Shown here: positions 20,555 to 30,011 of the stretch, one piece after another | Position numbering within the stretch: position 1 is the stretch's first letter | How the letters are laid out: each line of letters begins with the position of its first letter | Source of the DNA: a virus | Direction: 5' to 3' (one strand) | Length of the DNA: 64,000 bases | Virus record (IMG/VR): IMGVR_UViG_3300044712_000336 | Coordinates: 1 to 64,000 of that record | Made by a program: the position numbers and the translations under genes | Notes under the pieces: generated by a model | What the model was told of the DNA's origin: nothing | Databases searched by the model: none | The model's input: the letters and a program-made list of their open reading frames with translations, nothing else

Positions 20555-20779
20555 TAAAGAATAACTAATGAGGTTATGGGTATTCTCTAAAGCGTGTACA
20601 AGAGAATCAAGGCTATTGGGGATAAACTGAACAAGGCATGATATGTCAGTAATCCGGTAATTAGTTATTCTTTACAATATAACAACTTAATGAAGAACAC
20701 ACTTACCTTAAATAAGTAAGAGAAGTTAGTGCAAGATACTTTAAGTATAAGCATGATAGTGAAATGTAATTAAGTTGTT
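20555..20779 (+). ncRNA. Two further stem-closed RNA modules
   Basis: 15 bp perfect stem closing 20555-20674 and 11 bp perfect stem closing 20681-20779. Confidence 0.6.
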
Positions 20780-20987
20780 TATTTATACGATATAGGACAG
20801 TATATATAATATACAATATTAAATTATACACAATATATCAAAGTATAGTTAATTTAATATAGGACAATTTATTTTGAATGATTATTTTAAGACATTTAGG
20901 TTGTGAAATCGAAGCGGATATGTAATACATTCAATAGAATGTTCCATTATTGGTTATATCGTATGTCAAATTTAAAAACTAATTGAA

Positions 20988-21221
20988 ATGCAAATTCTAA
21001 AAAATAAACAAAGAAACTCATTTATTATCATAGATAATTATATGGTAGTATTACACGCAGAATGTCATAGAGATGAAGGATTTATTGAATATTACCATAA
21101 AGATAGTGTTCATAATTGTCTTGAGGATATTAATGACTATGAAGAATGTAATAATACATTTGGAATAAGTCAAGTAATAGATACTATTATTACATTATTA
21201 ATTATTACTAATAAGATTTAA
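20988..21221 (+). CDS. Hypothetical protein
   Basis: ORF with A-rich leader. Confidence 0.55.
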   Translation: MQILKNKQRNSFIIIDNYMVVLHAECHRDEGFIEYYHKDSVHNCLEDINDYEECNNTFGISQVIDTIITLLIITNKI

Positions 21222-21233
21222 AAATTAAAAACA

Positions 21234-21674
21234 ATGCAAAAACTAATTAAAATATCAGACTATTACTATGTAGTAGATAATAAAGCTGAAATAGTACCAG
21301 AGATTACATGGTGTATTAATAAAAATGAAGATACATTATATATACCTAATTGTGGTACAAGCTCTACTGCTGAGTATTGGAATAAAATAATAGCAACAAC
21401 TAATCCTTCATTACCATTACCACAAATCACTAATGCAAGTGATGATATGGTAGGTAAAGAAGTTGAAGTTGAGTTTAAACCCCTAACATTAATAGATAGT
21501 TATATTTCTGAAATTGCTATTCTAAAACCTATTTCAAAAGGTTTAAGATTACCAGATGATGATATATTTGGAGTAGAAACTTCAATTAATGGAACATTAG
21601 AAGAAGTTGATAAAGAGTATAGTGAAGATGAAGTATTAGCGTTATGGAAACTTGTGATAACAAATCTTGTGTAA
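21234..21674 (+). CDS. Hypothetical protein (KIIATT family)
   Basis: KIIATTNPSLPLPQ. Confidence 0.65.
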   Translation: MQKLIKISDYYYVVDNKAEIVPEITWCINKNEDTLYIPNCGTSSTAEYWNKIIATTNPSLPLPQITNASDDMVGKEVEVEFKPLTLIDSYISEIAILKPISKGLRLPDDDIFGVETSINGTLEEVDKEYSEDEVLALWKLVITNLV

Positions 21675-21726
21675 CATGTACACTACGAGGTATATGTTTA
21701 GTTCGTAAACATTAAAACTAAATAAT

Positions 21727-21858
21727 ATGATAGCACCATCATTAACAGGAATAGTAATAATTACTATAATAGTAATAATTACTAAGAAGATAAGAAAAGT
21801 AAGTAAAAGTATTACAGGTGTAACAAGCATTTGTAAAATGTTGGATAACAAAAACTAA
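21727..21858 (+). CDS. Small single-TM peptide (43 aa)
   Basis: MIAPSLTGIVIITIIVIITKKIRK..., hydrophobic stretch then basic tail. Confidence 0.45.
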   Translation: MIAPSLTGIVIITIIVIITKKIRKVSKSITGVTSICKMLDNKN

Positions 21859-21872
21859 ACATAATAAATAGT

Positions 21873-21944
21873 TGGGTATGTGATGAGTAATTGGATAACC
21901 TTAATACGAAAGTATTGATATTGGTTCGAGGCTAAACCTATTCA
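21873..21944 (+). ncRNA. Degenerate tRNA-like element lacking an anticodon arm
   Basis: D-loop-like AGTAATTGGATAAC, GAAA-capped hairpin, TTGG-TTCGAGG-CTAA T arm, weak acceptor pairing. Confidence 0.35.
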
Positions 21945-22369
21945 CTAACAGTCATAATATTGAAAGATTTATGAGCTATTTATTATTATAAGATAAATTA
22001 TTCTATAATCCAATGAAGGAAATTGTAGAAATACAAGAAGGATACTCAAAAGGGATGCAGATAACCAAAGTCTTAGAAAGGTCTGTATAGAGTAATTTAA
22101 TATCATTCCATCATGGAAGAGATATATAAAACTAACTTGAAATAAACTAAAGACAAAGTGTTCTAAAGTTTAAACAATCTAAGTAAAGTTAGTGGTGGCA
22201 GCATATATTATAAAGAAATAAGTGAAATAATCATTAGATTTTTCATAGAGAACTTATCATTTTTATAATACTATGCCTTATTACTAGTAATAGTAATATA
22301 GTAGTTGTTATTATAACAACATTGTGCAGCGAGTTGATGACTTCGCAATATTAACTAATATCTGAACTC

Positions 22370-22528
22370 ATGGAAATATCATTTGCAATTCTGTTCATAT
22401 TGTTATGTGGACAGATATACTTCTATAAAGGAAGTAAAAGAGATAAACTTATTATTGGTGGATGTATAATAGGATTGATTATAATAACAATATTAAAGTC
22501 AATCTTAACATTCCATTATGTAATATAA
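22370..22528 (+). CDS. Small two-TM peptide (52 aa)
   Basis: MEISFAILFILLCG...KGSKRDK...IIGGCIIGLIIITIL. Confidence 0.5.
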   Translation: MEISFAILFILLCGQIYFYKGSKRDKLIIGGCIIGLIIITILKSILTFHYVI

Positions 22529-23019
22529 TATAAAGACTACCTGTAGGAACATTATAAATTAGTTTAACATCGTTTTTACACTTACAGGTAGAATCTTTTA
22601 ATATCATTATTGTAGGAATATGTTATTAAGTAATAAGTATTCCTATATTGGAAAAGTTATATATCAATGCTGGAATATAAGATAAATAATAATATCTGAT
22701 TATCAAGTAAAAGCATTTTTGCCAGTTATTATTAATTATAAAGTGTTGATAAACACTCCGTTTTGTAAAAACGGTGTCTTTATAATAAATAAATGATTTC
22801 TTAATATGCAAATTCTATGTATAATTATTTTTGTTATATATTTATACTCGATTTAAGACACTCAATTTTAATCTGGATAACTAATACTAATCCTTAAAAA
22901 TAATGTCTAAAATCAAACCAGACGATATAAAAATGGGTATTCTAATGTCCAGAAATTATCCATAAATTATCCATAAATGAAGGTTCAATCTTAACCTTCA
23001 CATTTTCAACATTTTAAAC

Positions 23020-23091
23020 TCGAAGCCTAATATTAATAGTTAATATGATGGTCTGCAATCCTAAGCCAATTGCACTGATGATGATAGCTTA
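23020..23091 (+). ncRNA. Type II hammerhead ribozyme (variant core)
   Basis: CGAAGCC...GGTC^ stem III; stem I TGCAAT/ATTGCA; CTGATGA core; loop I TAAGC pairs with 3' GCTTA (pseudoknot). Confidence 0.78.
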
Positions 23092-23119
23092 AAGTTAATA
23101 ACAATTAAAACATAATAAA

Positions 23120-23434
23120 ATGAATATAACTAATGTAAAAAGTGAATTATTAGAATTTCTAAAAGGTTTACCAAAAGTGAAATGTGCTACTATTTCCTAT
23201 AACATTGGTAATGGTATAAACCCAAAAGAAATTCTTTTAAAAGTAGGATATTCTGAATCTGAATATTCTGAATTTTTAAAGAATTTAGATTTTACTTATA
23301 ATGCAAGTCTTACTGGTGATTTATCCGGAACAATTTGGTTTGTAGATAATACCTGGTGTGAAAGAGAAGAATGTGATTATTCAGAGTGGTGGGAACATAA
23401 ATATTGCCCAGAAATACCAAAAGAGTTACAATAA
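23120..23434 (+). CDS. Hypothetical protein
   Basis: GTIWFVDNTWCER..WWEH..PEIP conserved-looking C-terminus. Confidence 0.7.
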   Translation: MNITNVKSELLEFLKGLPKVKCATISYNIGNGINPKEILLKVGYSESEYSEFLKNLDFTYNASLTGDLSGTIWFVDNTWCEREECDYSEWWEHKYCPEIPKELQ

Positions 23435-23747
23435 ACACATAAGTAAATTTGTTATGCTGAATTATGGTGAAATACATTTGAGATAATTTGTTTATTACTT
23501 GTGTTAAAAAAGAAAAAAAATCAAAACTACTGAAATGTTATTAATATGCCTCCTTTCTTAATTAATTATAGTTATCACAATATCTTAAATATTTGTGATA
23601 ACCTCCCATTATCTGTTGTGATAATATATAATGGGAATTTCTTATAAACATAATCAAATTTAATGATAATTAAAATTAATGATAAAAATAATCAAAAATA
23701 ATTTAAAACATAATCAAAATGAAGTATAAACTAAAAACTTAAAAGAT

Positions 23748-25385
23748 ATGAAAATATTAAAAGTTGGTGAAAACATTGAAATATGTGGATTGAAATATAT
23801 TGTATATGATAGTCTATATTGTATGGCTTATAGCGGACATAATAATGAATGTTTTAAAATTATTGATGTAGATAAAAAAAAGTTTACAACAAATATTTTA
23901 GGATATTATAAATCTGGTGATTTTCCATATTGTAATTCATTAGAAGATTTAACCAAACTTGTCAATGCTCTTAATGAAGAGTATGATAGACAACAGGGTA
24001 AAACAGTGGAAAAATTAGTCCAAACAAATATGAATCAAGAGGAAGCTTGCTTTAGTTGTAAATATATAGATAATTGTAATGAAGCACCTCATATAGGAAT
24101 TTGTCCTGCAAGCGATGGGCAACATTATCCAAAAGTTATAGAAGAAACTAAAAAATATGATTTTTCAACAACAATTACTAGAGCTGTAGAAAATAATGAT
24201 CCAAATATTATTGCTATAGAAACTGGTAAAAGTATTAAAGAGTTATGTAAATTAGTAGAAGCTGGTGATAATAAGTGTTTACGTTATAAATTAGACAATA
24301 ATCATTTATATAATTGTGATAATTTAATGTGCTTTCATTGCCCTTTATCTGAATTAACAAGAAATCTGTCAAAATCAGAAATTATATCATGGTTAAAAAG
24401 TAATTCTTTAGAAGTAAAAACACCAGAATTTAAAGTAGGTGATTGGGTAACAATGATACGAAATTATAGTGTTTTACAACCTGGAGAAATATATCAACTT
24501 GTAGAATGTCAAGATATAGAGCATACTTGGTGGTATGTTAATCATCCTACTATTGTTGTAGCTCCTAGAGCTAATAAAGATTTCAGACATGCAACTAAAG
24601 AAGAAATAGAATCTGTAACTAAAACAAATAAACCATTTGAATATAATAAATGGTATAAACAAGGAAATATATTAGAATATTTTTCATCTGAAGATTTATA
24701 TTATGGGTTTGATGTATATGGTAATTGGTTTAGTGGTAAAAGATTAAAAGATGGTTATACTAATGACTATTTACAAATAAATCAATCAAATTTTATTCCT
24801 GTATCAGATGAAGAAGCTAAAGAAAGATTACTTGAATATGCTATAAAGAAACACCCTATTGGCACTAAATTAAAAGAATGTTTACATGGTTGGGTAAGAG
24901 ATACTAAAATAGGTATAATAAAAGGTAAACCATATTGGGATCCTAATGGTATTTGGGCAATGGGATCTATTTATGAATTATGTATTTATCTCGATGGTAA
25001 ATGGGCTGAAATAGAATCTAAACCTATACAAAAAAATTGGGTTAAATGCAATACTCAAGAAGAATGGGATTTTGTATCTAAGAAATTAGGTAGAACTGAC
25101 CCAACTAAGTTTAAAATTTATGGTGATTGTATTAACTTATTATCACCTAATACCGCTAGGTTTAATAAACCAGACGAGTATTATACATTCGAAGAATGGT
25201 TAGAATTAAGTGGTATATCAATAGGTACAGTTGAGTTAGTGGATAATGGAACGATTGAAAGTACCACTATTGAATATATTAAACAACAAGAAGGTACTAA
25301 CAGAAATATTCCTATAGTAGATAATATACAAAACAGGTTCAAAGTTTCACCTGTGAGAAAAAGAAACTTACCAGAAATTTATTAA
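23748..25385 (+). CDS. Mosaic multi-module hypothetical protein
   Basis: Shares modules with 37687-39660. Confidence 0.7.
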   Translation: MKILKVGENIEICGLKYIVYDSLYCMAYSGHNNECFKIIDVDKKKFTTNILGYYKSGDFPYCNSLEDLTKLVNALNEEYDRQQGKTVEKLVQTNMNQEEACFSCKYIDNCNEAPHIGICPASDGQHYPKVIEETKKYDFSTTITRAVENNDPNIIAIETGKSIKELCKLVEAGDNKCLRYKLDNNHLYNCDNLMCFHCPLSELTRNLSKSEIISWLKSNSLEVKTPEFKVGDWVTMIRNYSVLQPGEIYQLVECQDIEHTWWYVNHPTIVVAPRANKDFRHATKEEIESVTKTNKPFEYNKWYKQGNILEYFSSEDLYYGFDVYGNWFSGKRLKDGYTNDYLQINQSNFIPVSDEEAKERLLEYAIKKHPIGTKLKECLHGWVRDTKIGIIKGKPYWDPNGIWAMGSIYELCIYLDGKWAEIESKPIQKNWVKCNTQEEWDFVSKKLGRTDPTKFKIYGDCINLLSPNTARFNKPDEYYTFEEWLELSGISIGTVELVDNGTIESTTIEYIKQQEGTNRNIPIVDNIQNRFKVSPVRKRNLPEIY

Positions 25386-25406
25386 TAATTATTAAAAATT
25401 AAAGTT

Positions 25407-25727
25407 ATGTCAAAGTACAAAGAATTAGCTAAAAAAGCAAATGTAGAAGAAAATATTGATCTACAGATTGAGAATAATGAACCTATTTTAAAAGCTGAAA
25501 TTGAGGCTATGGTTCAATCTCAAAAAGCAACAGTTATTCGTGCAAAGAATACATATGATCAAGCTGAAAAAGCTGTAGATAAAGCACGTGGTTATATCAC
25601 TGATAAAGGTAGTGTTTATATTTCCAAAGTAAATGCAGCTAAAGATGCAAGAGATCAAGCAGCAGAAGCATTAAAAATTGCTGAAGAAAATCTTGAGGAT
25701 CTTGAAGAAGAATTAAAATTATTTTAA
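25407..25727 (+). CDS. Coiled-coil hypothetical protein
   Basis: A/E/K-rich heptads. Confidence 0.7.
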   Translation: MSKYKELAKKANVEENIDLQIENNEPILKAEIEAMVQSQKATVIRAKNTYDQAEKAVDKARGYITDKGSVYISKVNAAKDARDQAAEALKIAEENLEDLEEELKLF

Positions 25728-25730
25728 TAA

Positions 25731-26108
25731 ATGAAGAAATTCAAATCTTATTCATTAGTACTCGATATGGGTACTAATGAAATTACCACACAGATTAGTA
25801 ATGGGGTAATGACTATTACTATTACACCATTAATGGAACAAGAAGTAGTTGACGTTCCTTTAGTAGAAAAAGAGCAAGTAAAACCATTAGTAATACCACA
25901 AAAGAAAGGTAGAAATAGGTATTCTTACGAAGTTCTATTAAAAGATGATAAAAACTTTAAAAGAATTGCAAGTAGCTTAAATAGTGTTTCAAGAATTACA
26001 GGAATTATTGCACATAATTTAAACTCAAAATTTGTTTCTACTAAACTTAACAATATAACTGTTAGTAATGGTATATATACATATACTATACTAAGAGTTA
26101 AAGTTTAA
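25731..26108 (+). CDS. Hypothetical protein
   Basis: Operonic ORF. Confidence 0.6.
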   Translation: MKKFKSYSLVLDMGTNEITTQISNGVMTITITPLMEQEVVDVPLVEKEQVKPLVIPQKKGRNRYSYEVLLKDDKNFKRIASSLNSVSRITGIIAHNLNSKFVSTKLNNITVSNGIYTYTILRVKV

Positions 26109-26461
26109 ACGATTGTTTTCTAGGAATAACACTTGTCGTGAGATAACTGTTATTTTGTTATTTATAAATTTAATTTTAAATAAAATGAATAATATACAAA
26201 AGGTAATTGACAGTACAAATGGTAAGTTCACAACTGCTAAATGTGAACATATCTTTACAGAAGATAAACCAGAATCAGATATTATTAATAATGGATCATC
26301 AGTATCAATTGTTGTTGATAAGTTTATTGATGATGATTCTGGTGAAGATACTTGGGAAGTATTAAAATTTAAAAATGAAGATTTAGCATAAAGAAATTAG
26401 GAGATTTAGCTCAGTTGGTTAGAGCATTTACAATTTTTTATAAATAATAATTATTATTTTA

Positions 26462-26493
26462 TTTGCTTTTACTATTAAAATTTGGTAATTTTG
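26462..26493 (+). promoter_or_regulatory. Bacteroidota promoter inside the tRNA insert, upstream of HNH
   Basis: TTTG-N20-TAATTTTG exact consensus. Confidence 0.75.
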
Positions 26494-26533
26494 TAAAAAA
26501 ACTAATAATTAATTAATATTAAAAGCAAATAAA

Positions 26534-27016
26534 ATGAAAATTGAATTACAATTACCTTTTAGTAATGACTATAAAGTTGGTTATATTGTTACAAATAAAG
26601 AAAATAGAAAAATGATTATACTTGTTGATAATTCTAATAGGAAAACATCTACCGCTTATGCAAGATATTTATTATCAGTTAAATTAGGTAGATATTTAGA
26701 AAGTAATGAACAAGCTGATCATATAGATGGAAATAAATGTAATGATTTTATAGATAATTTACAAGTATTAACTGCTATTGAAAACACTAGAAAATATAGA
26801 GTACAATCAAATACTTCTAGGAAAATGATAGAGTTAATATGTCCTATTTGTGGAGTTGTTTTCATAAAAGAACATAATTTATCACATTTAGTAAAAAATA
26901 GTAACTTTACAGTATGTTCAAAAGAATGTCTATATAAAATGTCTTCTTTAAAAAAATCTAAAGAAGAATTAATAGACATAGGTAATAAACAAGTAATTCG
27001 TATATTTAGAAAATAA
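26534..27016 (+). mobile_element. HNH homing endonuclease with C-terminal zinc finger
   Basis: DHIDGNKCNDFIDNLQVLT..EN; CPIC...CSKEC. Confidence 0.88.
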
Positions 27017-27201
27017 AGTCGTAGGTTCGATTCCTACATTCCCCACTAAACAATTATTAACAATTAAAAACAAATTAAAATGATAGAAATAACATGTATT
27101 GGAAATATAACTCATAATGAGTTAGTATATTGTTGGGGTAAATTATTATCATTAGATATGATGTATCCATGTGCTATAGGAACACTTAATAATATTGAAA
27201 T

Positions 27202-27624
27202 ATGCGTACCATTAAATTAGTACTAATATTGATGTTATTAACATCAGTAGTACAAGCACAAATTGTTCCATCATTAGAATTAGGTTATATTAATCAAAAT
27301 TTTAGTGTAATTAATGGATTAAACAGATGGACTACTTATGATACAAAAAGAAGTCCATTGTATTCCATTATTGGATTAGAATATTCTACTCATGGAATAA
27401 ATATTAATACATCTGTAGAAACATGGATGTGTTATAGTGGTAATAAGTATTTCACACCAAAACAAGTTCAATTTAATATAGGTATAAATTATACTTATAA
27501 AATGATTGAATTTGGTTATAAACATTATTGTAATCATGCTATACGTGATTATATTAGTGAAGAGTTTCCATATTACCATGCAGGTGGTGATAAAGTATAT
27601 ATTAAAGTTAAATTTAAAAAATAA
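27202..27624 (+). CDS. Secreted beta-rich protein, possibly a small outer-membrane beta-barrel
   Basis: Signal peptide ending VQA-Q; alternating amphipathic strands; C-terminal YIKVKF. Confidence 0.5.
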   Translation: MRTIKLVLILMLLTSVVQAQIVPSLELGYINQNFSVINGLNRWTTYDTKRSPLYSIIGLEYSTHGININTSVETWMCYSGNKYFTPKQVQFNIGINYTYKMIEFGYKHYCNHAIRDYISEEFPYYHAGGDKVYIKVKFKK

Positions 27625-27629
27625 AAGTT

Positions 27630-29155
27630 ATGAGTTGGTTTAGTAAAGAACTTCCGCAGATTCCACAAAGTGAGATTCCAAGTGAATCTTACAAACAAGT
27701 TGTAGTTAATAATGAAATTGTTTGGATGGGTACTTATGAAAATGAGAATCCAAAACAACCCGATTACACTAACCATCCTGAATTGGATTGGCATAAACAA
27801 GTAACAAATCCAATTGGTGTTTATAGTACTGATCATAAATTAAGGAAATAATGGAAAAATCATGGCGTATTAAAATAGAAGATAAGGTAGAAACACCTAT
27901 CTTTTATCCAGTTACTAAATTAGTAACACTTGAAGAAATTGAAAACAATGTTCCTACAGGAATAATTAAGCAATCTATTTTAAAATTACAAGGTGTTCCT
28001 TCCTTTAAAGGAACATGTAATGATGTAAGAAAGCGTAAAGAGTTTAAATGGAAGTATAAACATACTAAACTTCCAGAATTAGTTGAAGAACCTGAAATTG
28101 TCCAATAATATGGGAAAAGGGTTATTGTTACTATCATTGCTATTAGTAATGATAGTAACTTCTTATATTATATTAAAAGTATTAGCAGGATTATTACTAA
28201 TATTATTTTTAATACTCTTTTTATATGGTACACCTAAACCTTTAAAGTTTAAGAAAGATAGTAAATATCAGACAAACTTTCATTGAATTGTCCTATTGTC
28301 GTGCGAGGTTAAGTTATTGAAACTTAATATTTTACAATTTTATAAAATCGAAAATGTCCTATTAAATTAAAGTATATGAATTTAGAACAAGTTAAAACCA
28401 ATGTCTTAAATGATATTGAAAACGAGATTAGGCGAGTAAGCCCAAATCTCAATTATGAGTATAATCAGTTAGAAGATCTACTTAGAGTAGCATATCGTTA
28501 TTGGGATAAACAAAGTAAAATTCCGAGTGATATACCAAAACAAATGCTAGAGGATTCGGTAGATGAATTTATAGCAAAATATGGTAATATTATCGATAAT
28601 ACCATTGTGTTTAATTGGTTAGTTAAAAACATGAATGCTAGATCTTCCATGATATATAGTAATATACAAAACAGTATTGCTGTAAAGGAAGATAATCATG
28701 TAAGGATTCACAAGATATGTGATAAATTCAATACCCAATTTACTACATTTGAACAATTAAGTAAATATATCAAAAGACTTGAAAAGGAGTACGATGATAT
28801 ATTACTTAATGGTATTACTGTAGTAACTACAGAATCATTAGAAGAGTTATCTAATAAGTTTGGTTTTGTTGAAGATAATACTACTGAGAGGTTTAGTGAA
28901 CTTGTTTCATCACTAAAGGAACAAGAAAAACTAAACAATCAAGTAGAATTACATGATTTTAGTGGTATTATTGTTACTGAAATGAAGGAAAAAAAGTGGT
29001 TTAATGATATTAAACAATTTCCTTCAAATCAAAAACAATTGGAAAAAGTTCATGTTGTTCCTACATATATGAAGTATAAAGGAACACATATTCCTGTATT
29101 CAAGAAGAATAAAATCCAGTATGATTGGAAAGATGTACTTTCGATGTTAAAATAA
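27630..29155 (+). CDS. Run of hypothetical genes (27630-27851, 27851-28108, 28110-28286 TM peptide, 28376-29155)
   Basis: Packed co-oriented ORFs, no recognisable motifs. Confidence 0.55.
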
Positions 29156-29181
29156 TTATTAATATTTAAAACTATAAGAAG

Positions 29182-29880
29182 ATGAAAAAAGGAAATATTC
29201 CAACAGTAGAAGAGGTAGAAGCAGCTCGTATTATTATTAAAAATGCAGCAGCAAATAAAGGTAAAAAAAGTAATACAAAGCCAAAATATACCAATCATCG
29301 TGGTATTGATTACGATGAACTATTCCAACAGATTGTTGAAGCTGATACTAAAGCTAAAACATATAAGTTTATTACTTCAATATTGAAAGCATGTACTCAA
29401 CCAAATTCAATTATAAAGTTGGTTAAAATGTTGCAAGAAGAGTATTCTTCTATTGCTGAAGGAAGATATGATGAACTTCCAATTACAACAGAAAACATTA
29501 GTTCATATATTGATGAACTATTTACTAATCAAATTGATAATAAAGACAATACTGATCTTTATAATATTGAATTTGCATTATCTTTAACAAAAGCAGTTAA
29601 GGATAATTCAGTAAATGATCCTGCATTTGGATCAAATTTATATCGTACTGTAGTTGCAGAAAAACTACGTTATGAATTCTCATTAGTATTGTTAGAAGGG
29701 AAAGAAGAAGAGCTAGGTAAATACATTGTAACCAAAGATGGTCAATTATTTACAGATTATAAAGATAGCGATTTCACTAAGTATATTAATACCGGTGAAG
29801 GAACATATAAAATTGATGAAGCTCGATATTATAACCGGGTTCATAGACAAAAACCTGTACTTATTAAGAAAGTACAATAA
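29182..29880 (+). CDS. Hypothetical protein
   Basis: Followed by a long hairpin. Confidence 0.65.
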   Translation: MKKGNIPTVEEVEAARIIIKNAAANKGKKSNTKPKYTNHRGIDYDELFQQIVEADTKAKTYKFITSILKACTQPNSIIKLVKMLQEEYSSIAEGRYDELPITTENISSYIDELFTNQIDNKDNTDLYNIEFALSLTKAVKDNSVNDPAFGSNLYRTVVAEKLRYEFSLVLLEGKEEELGKYIVTKDGQLFTDYKDSDFTKYINTGEGTYKIDEARYYNRVHRQKPVLIKKVQ

Positions 29881-29886
29881 ATAAAC

Positions 29887-29992
29887 AGTCCTGAGTTAAT
29901 ACTTATAATTAAACTCTACATTTAAAGTGATCTTCGTATATAGAAGTAACTTTATATATAGTTTTTTAATTATATGGTATTGACTCAGGACT
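29887..29992 (+). other. Long imperfect hairpin (processing site or terminator)
   Basis: AGTCCTGAGTTAATAC/GTATTGACTCAGGACT 16 bp base, further inner pairing, then a T-rich tract. Confidence 0.6.
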
Positions 29993-30011
29993 ATTCTTTT
30001 TTCACTCAATT

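Larger units (their letters stand above)
26400..27045 (+). pseudogene. tRNA 5' half (26400-26431) and 3' half (about 27014-27045) separated by an HNH cassette
   Basis: GGAGATT-TA-GCTC-AGTTGGTTA-GAGC-A, and AAGTC-GTAGG-TTCGATT-CCTAC-ATTCCCC-A; acceptor stem pairs 5 of 7; no anticodon loop. Confidence 0.75.

Noticed and set aside
17660-23700. CRISPR array
   Set aside because: The modules are inverted-repeat-closed and unrelated in sequence; there are no direct repeats with spacers
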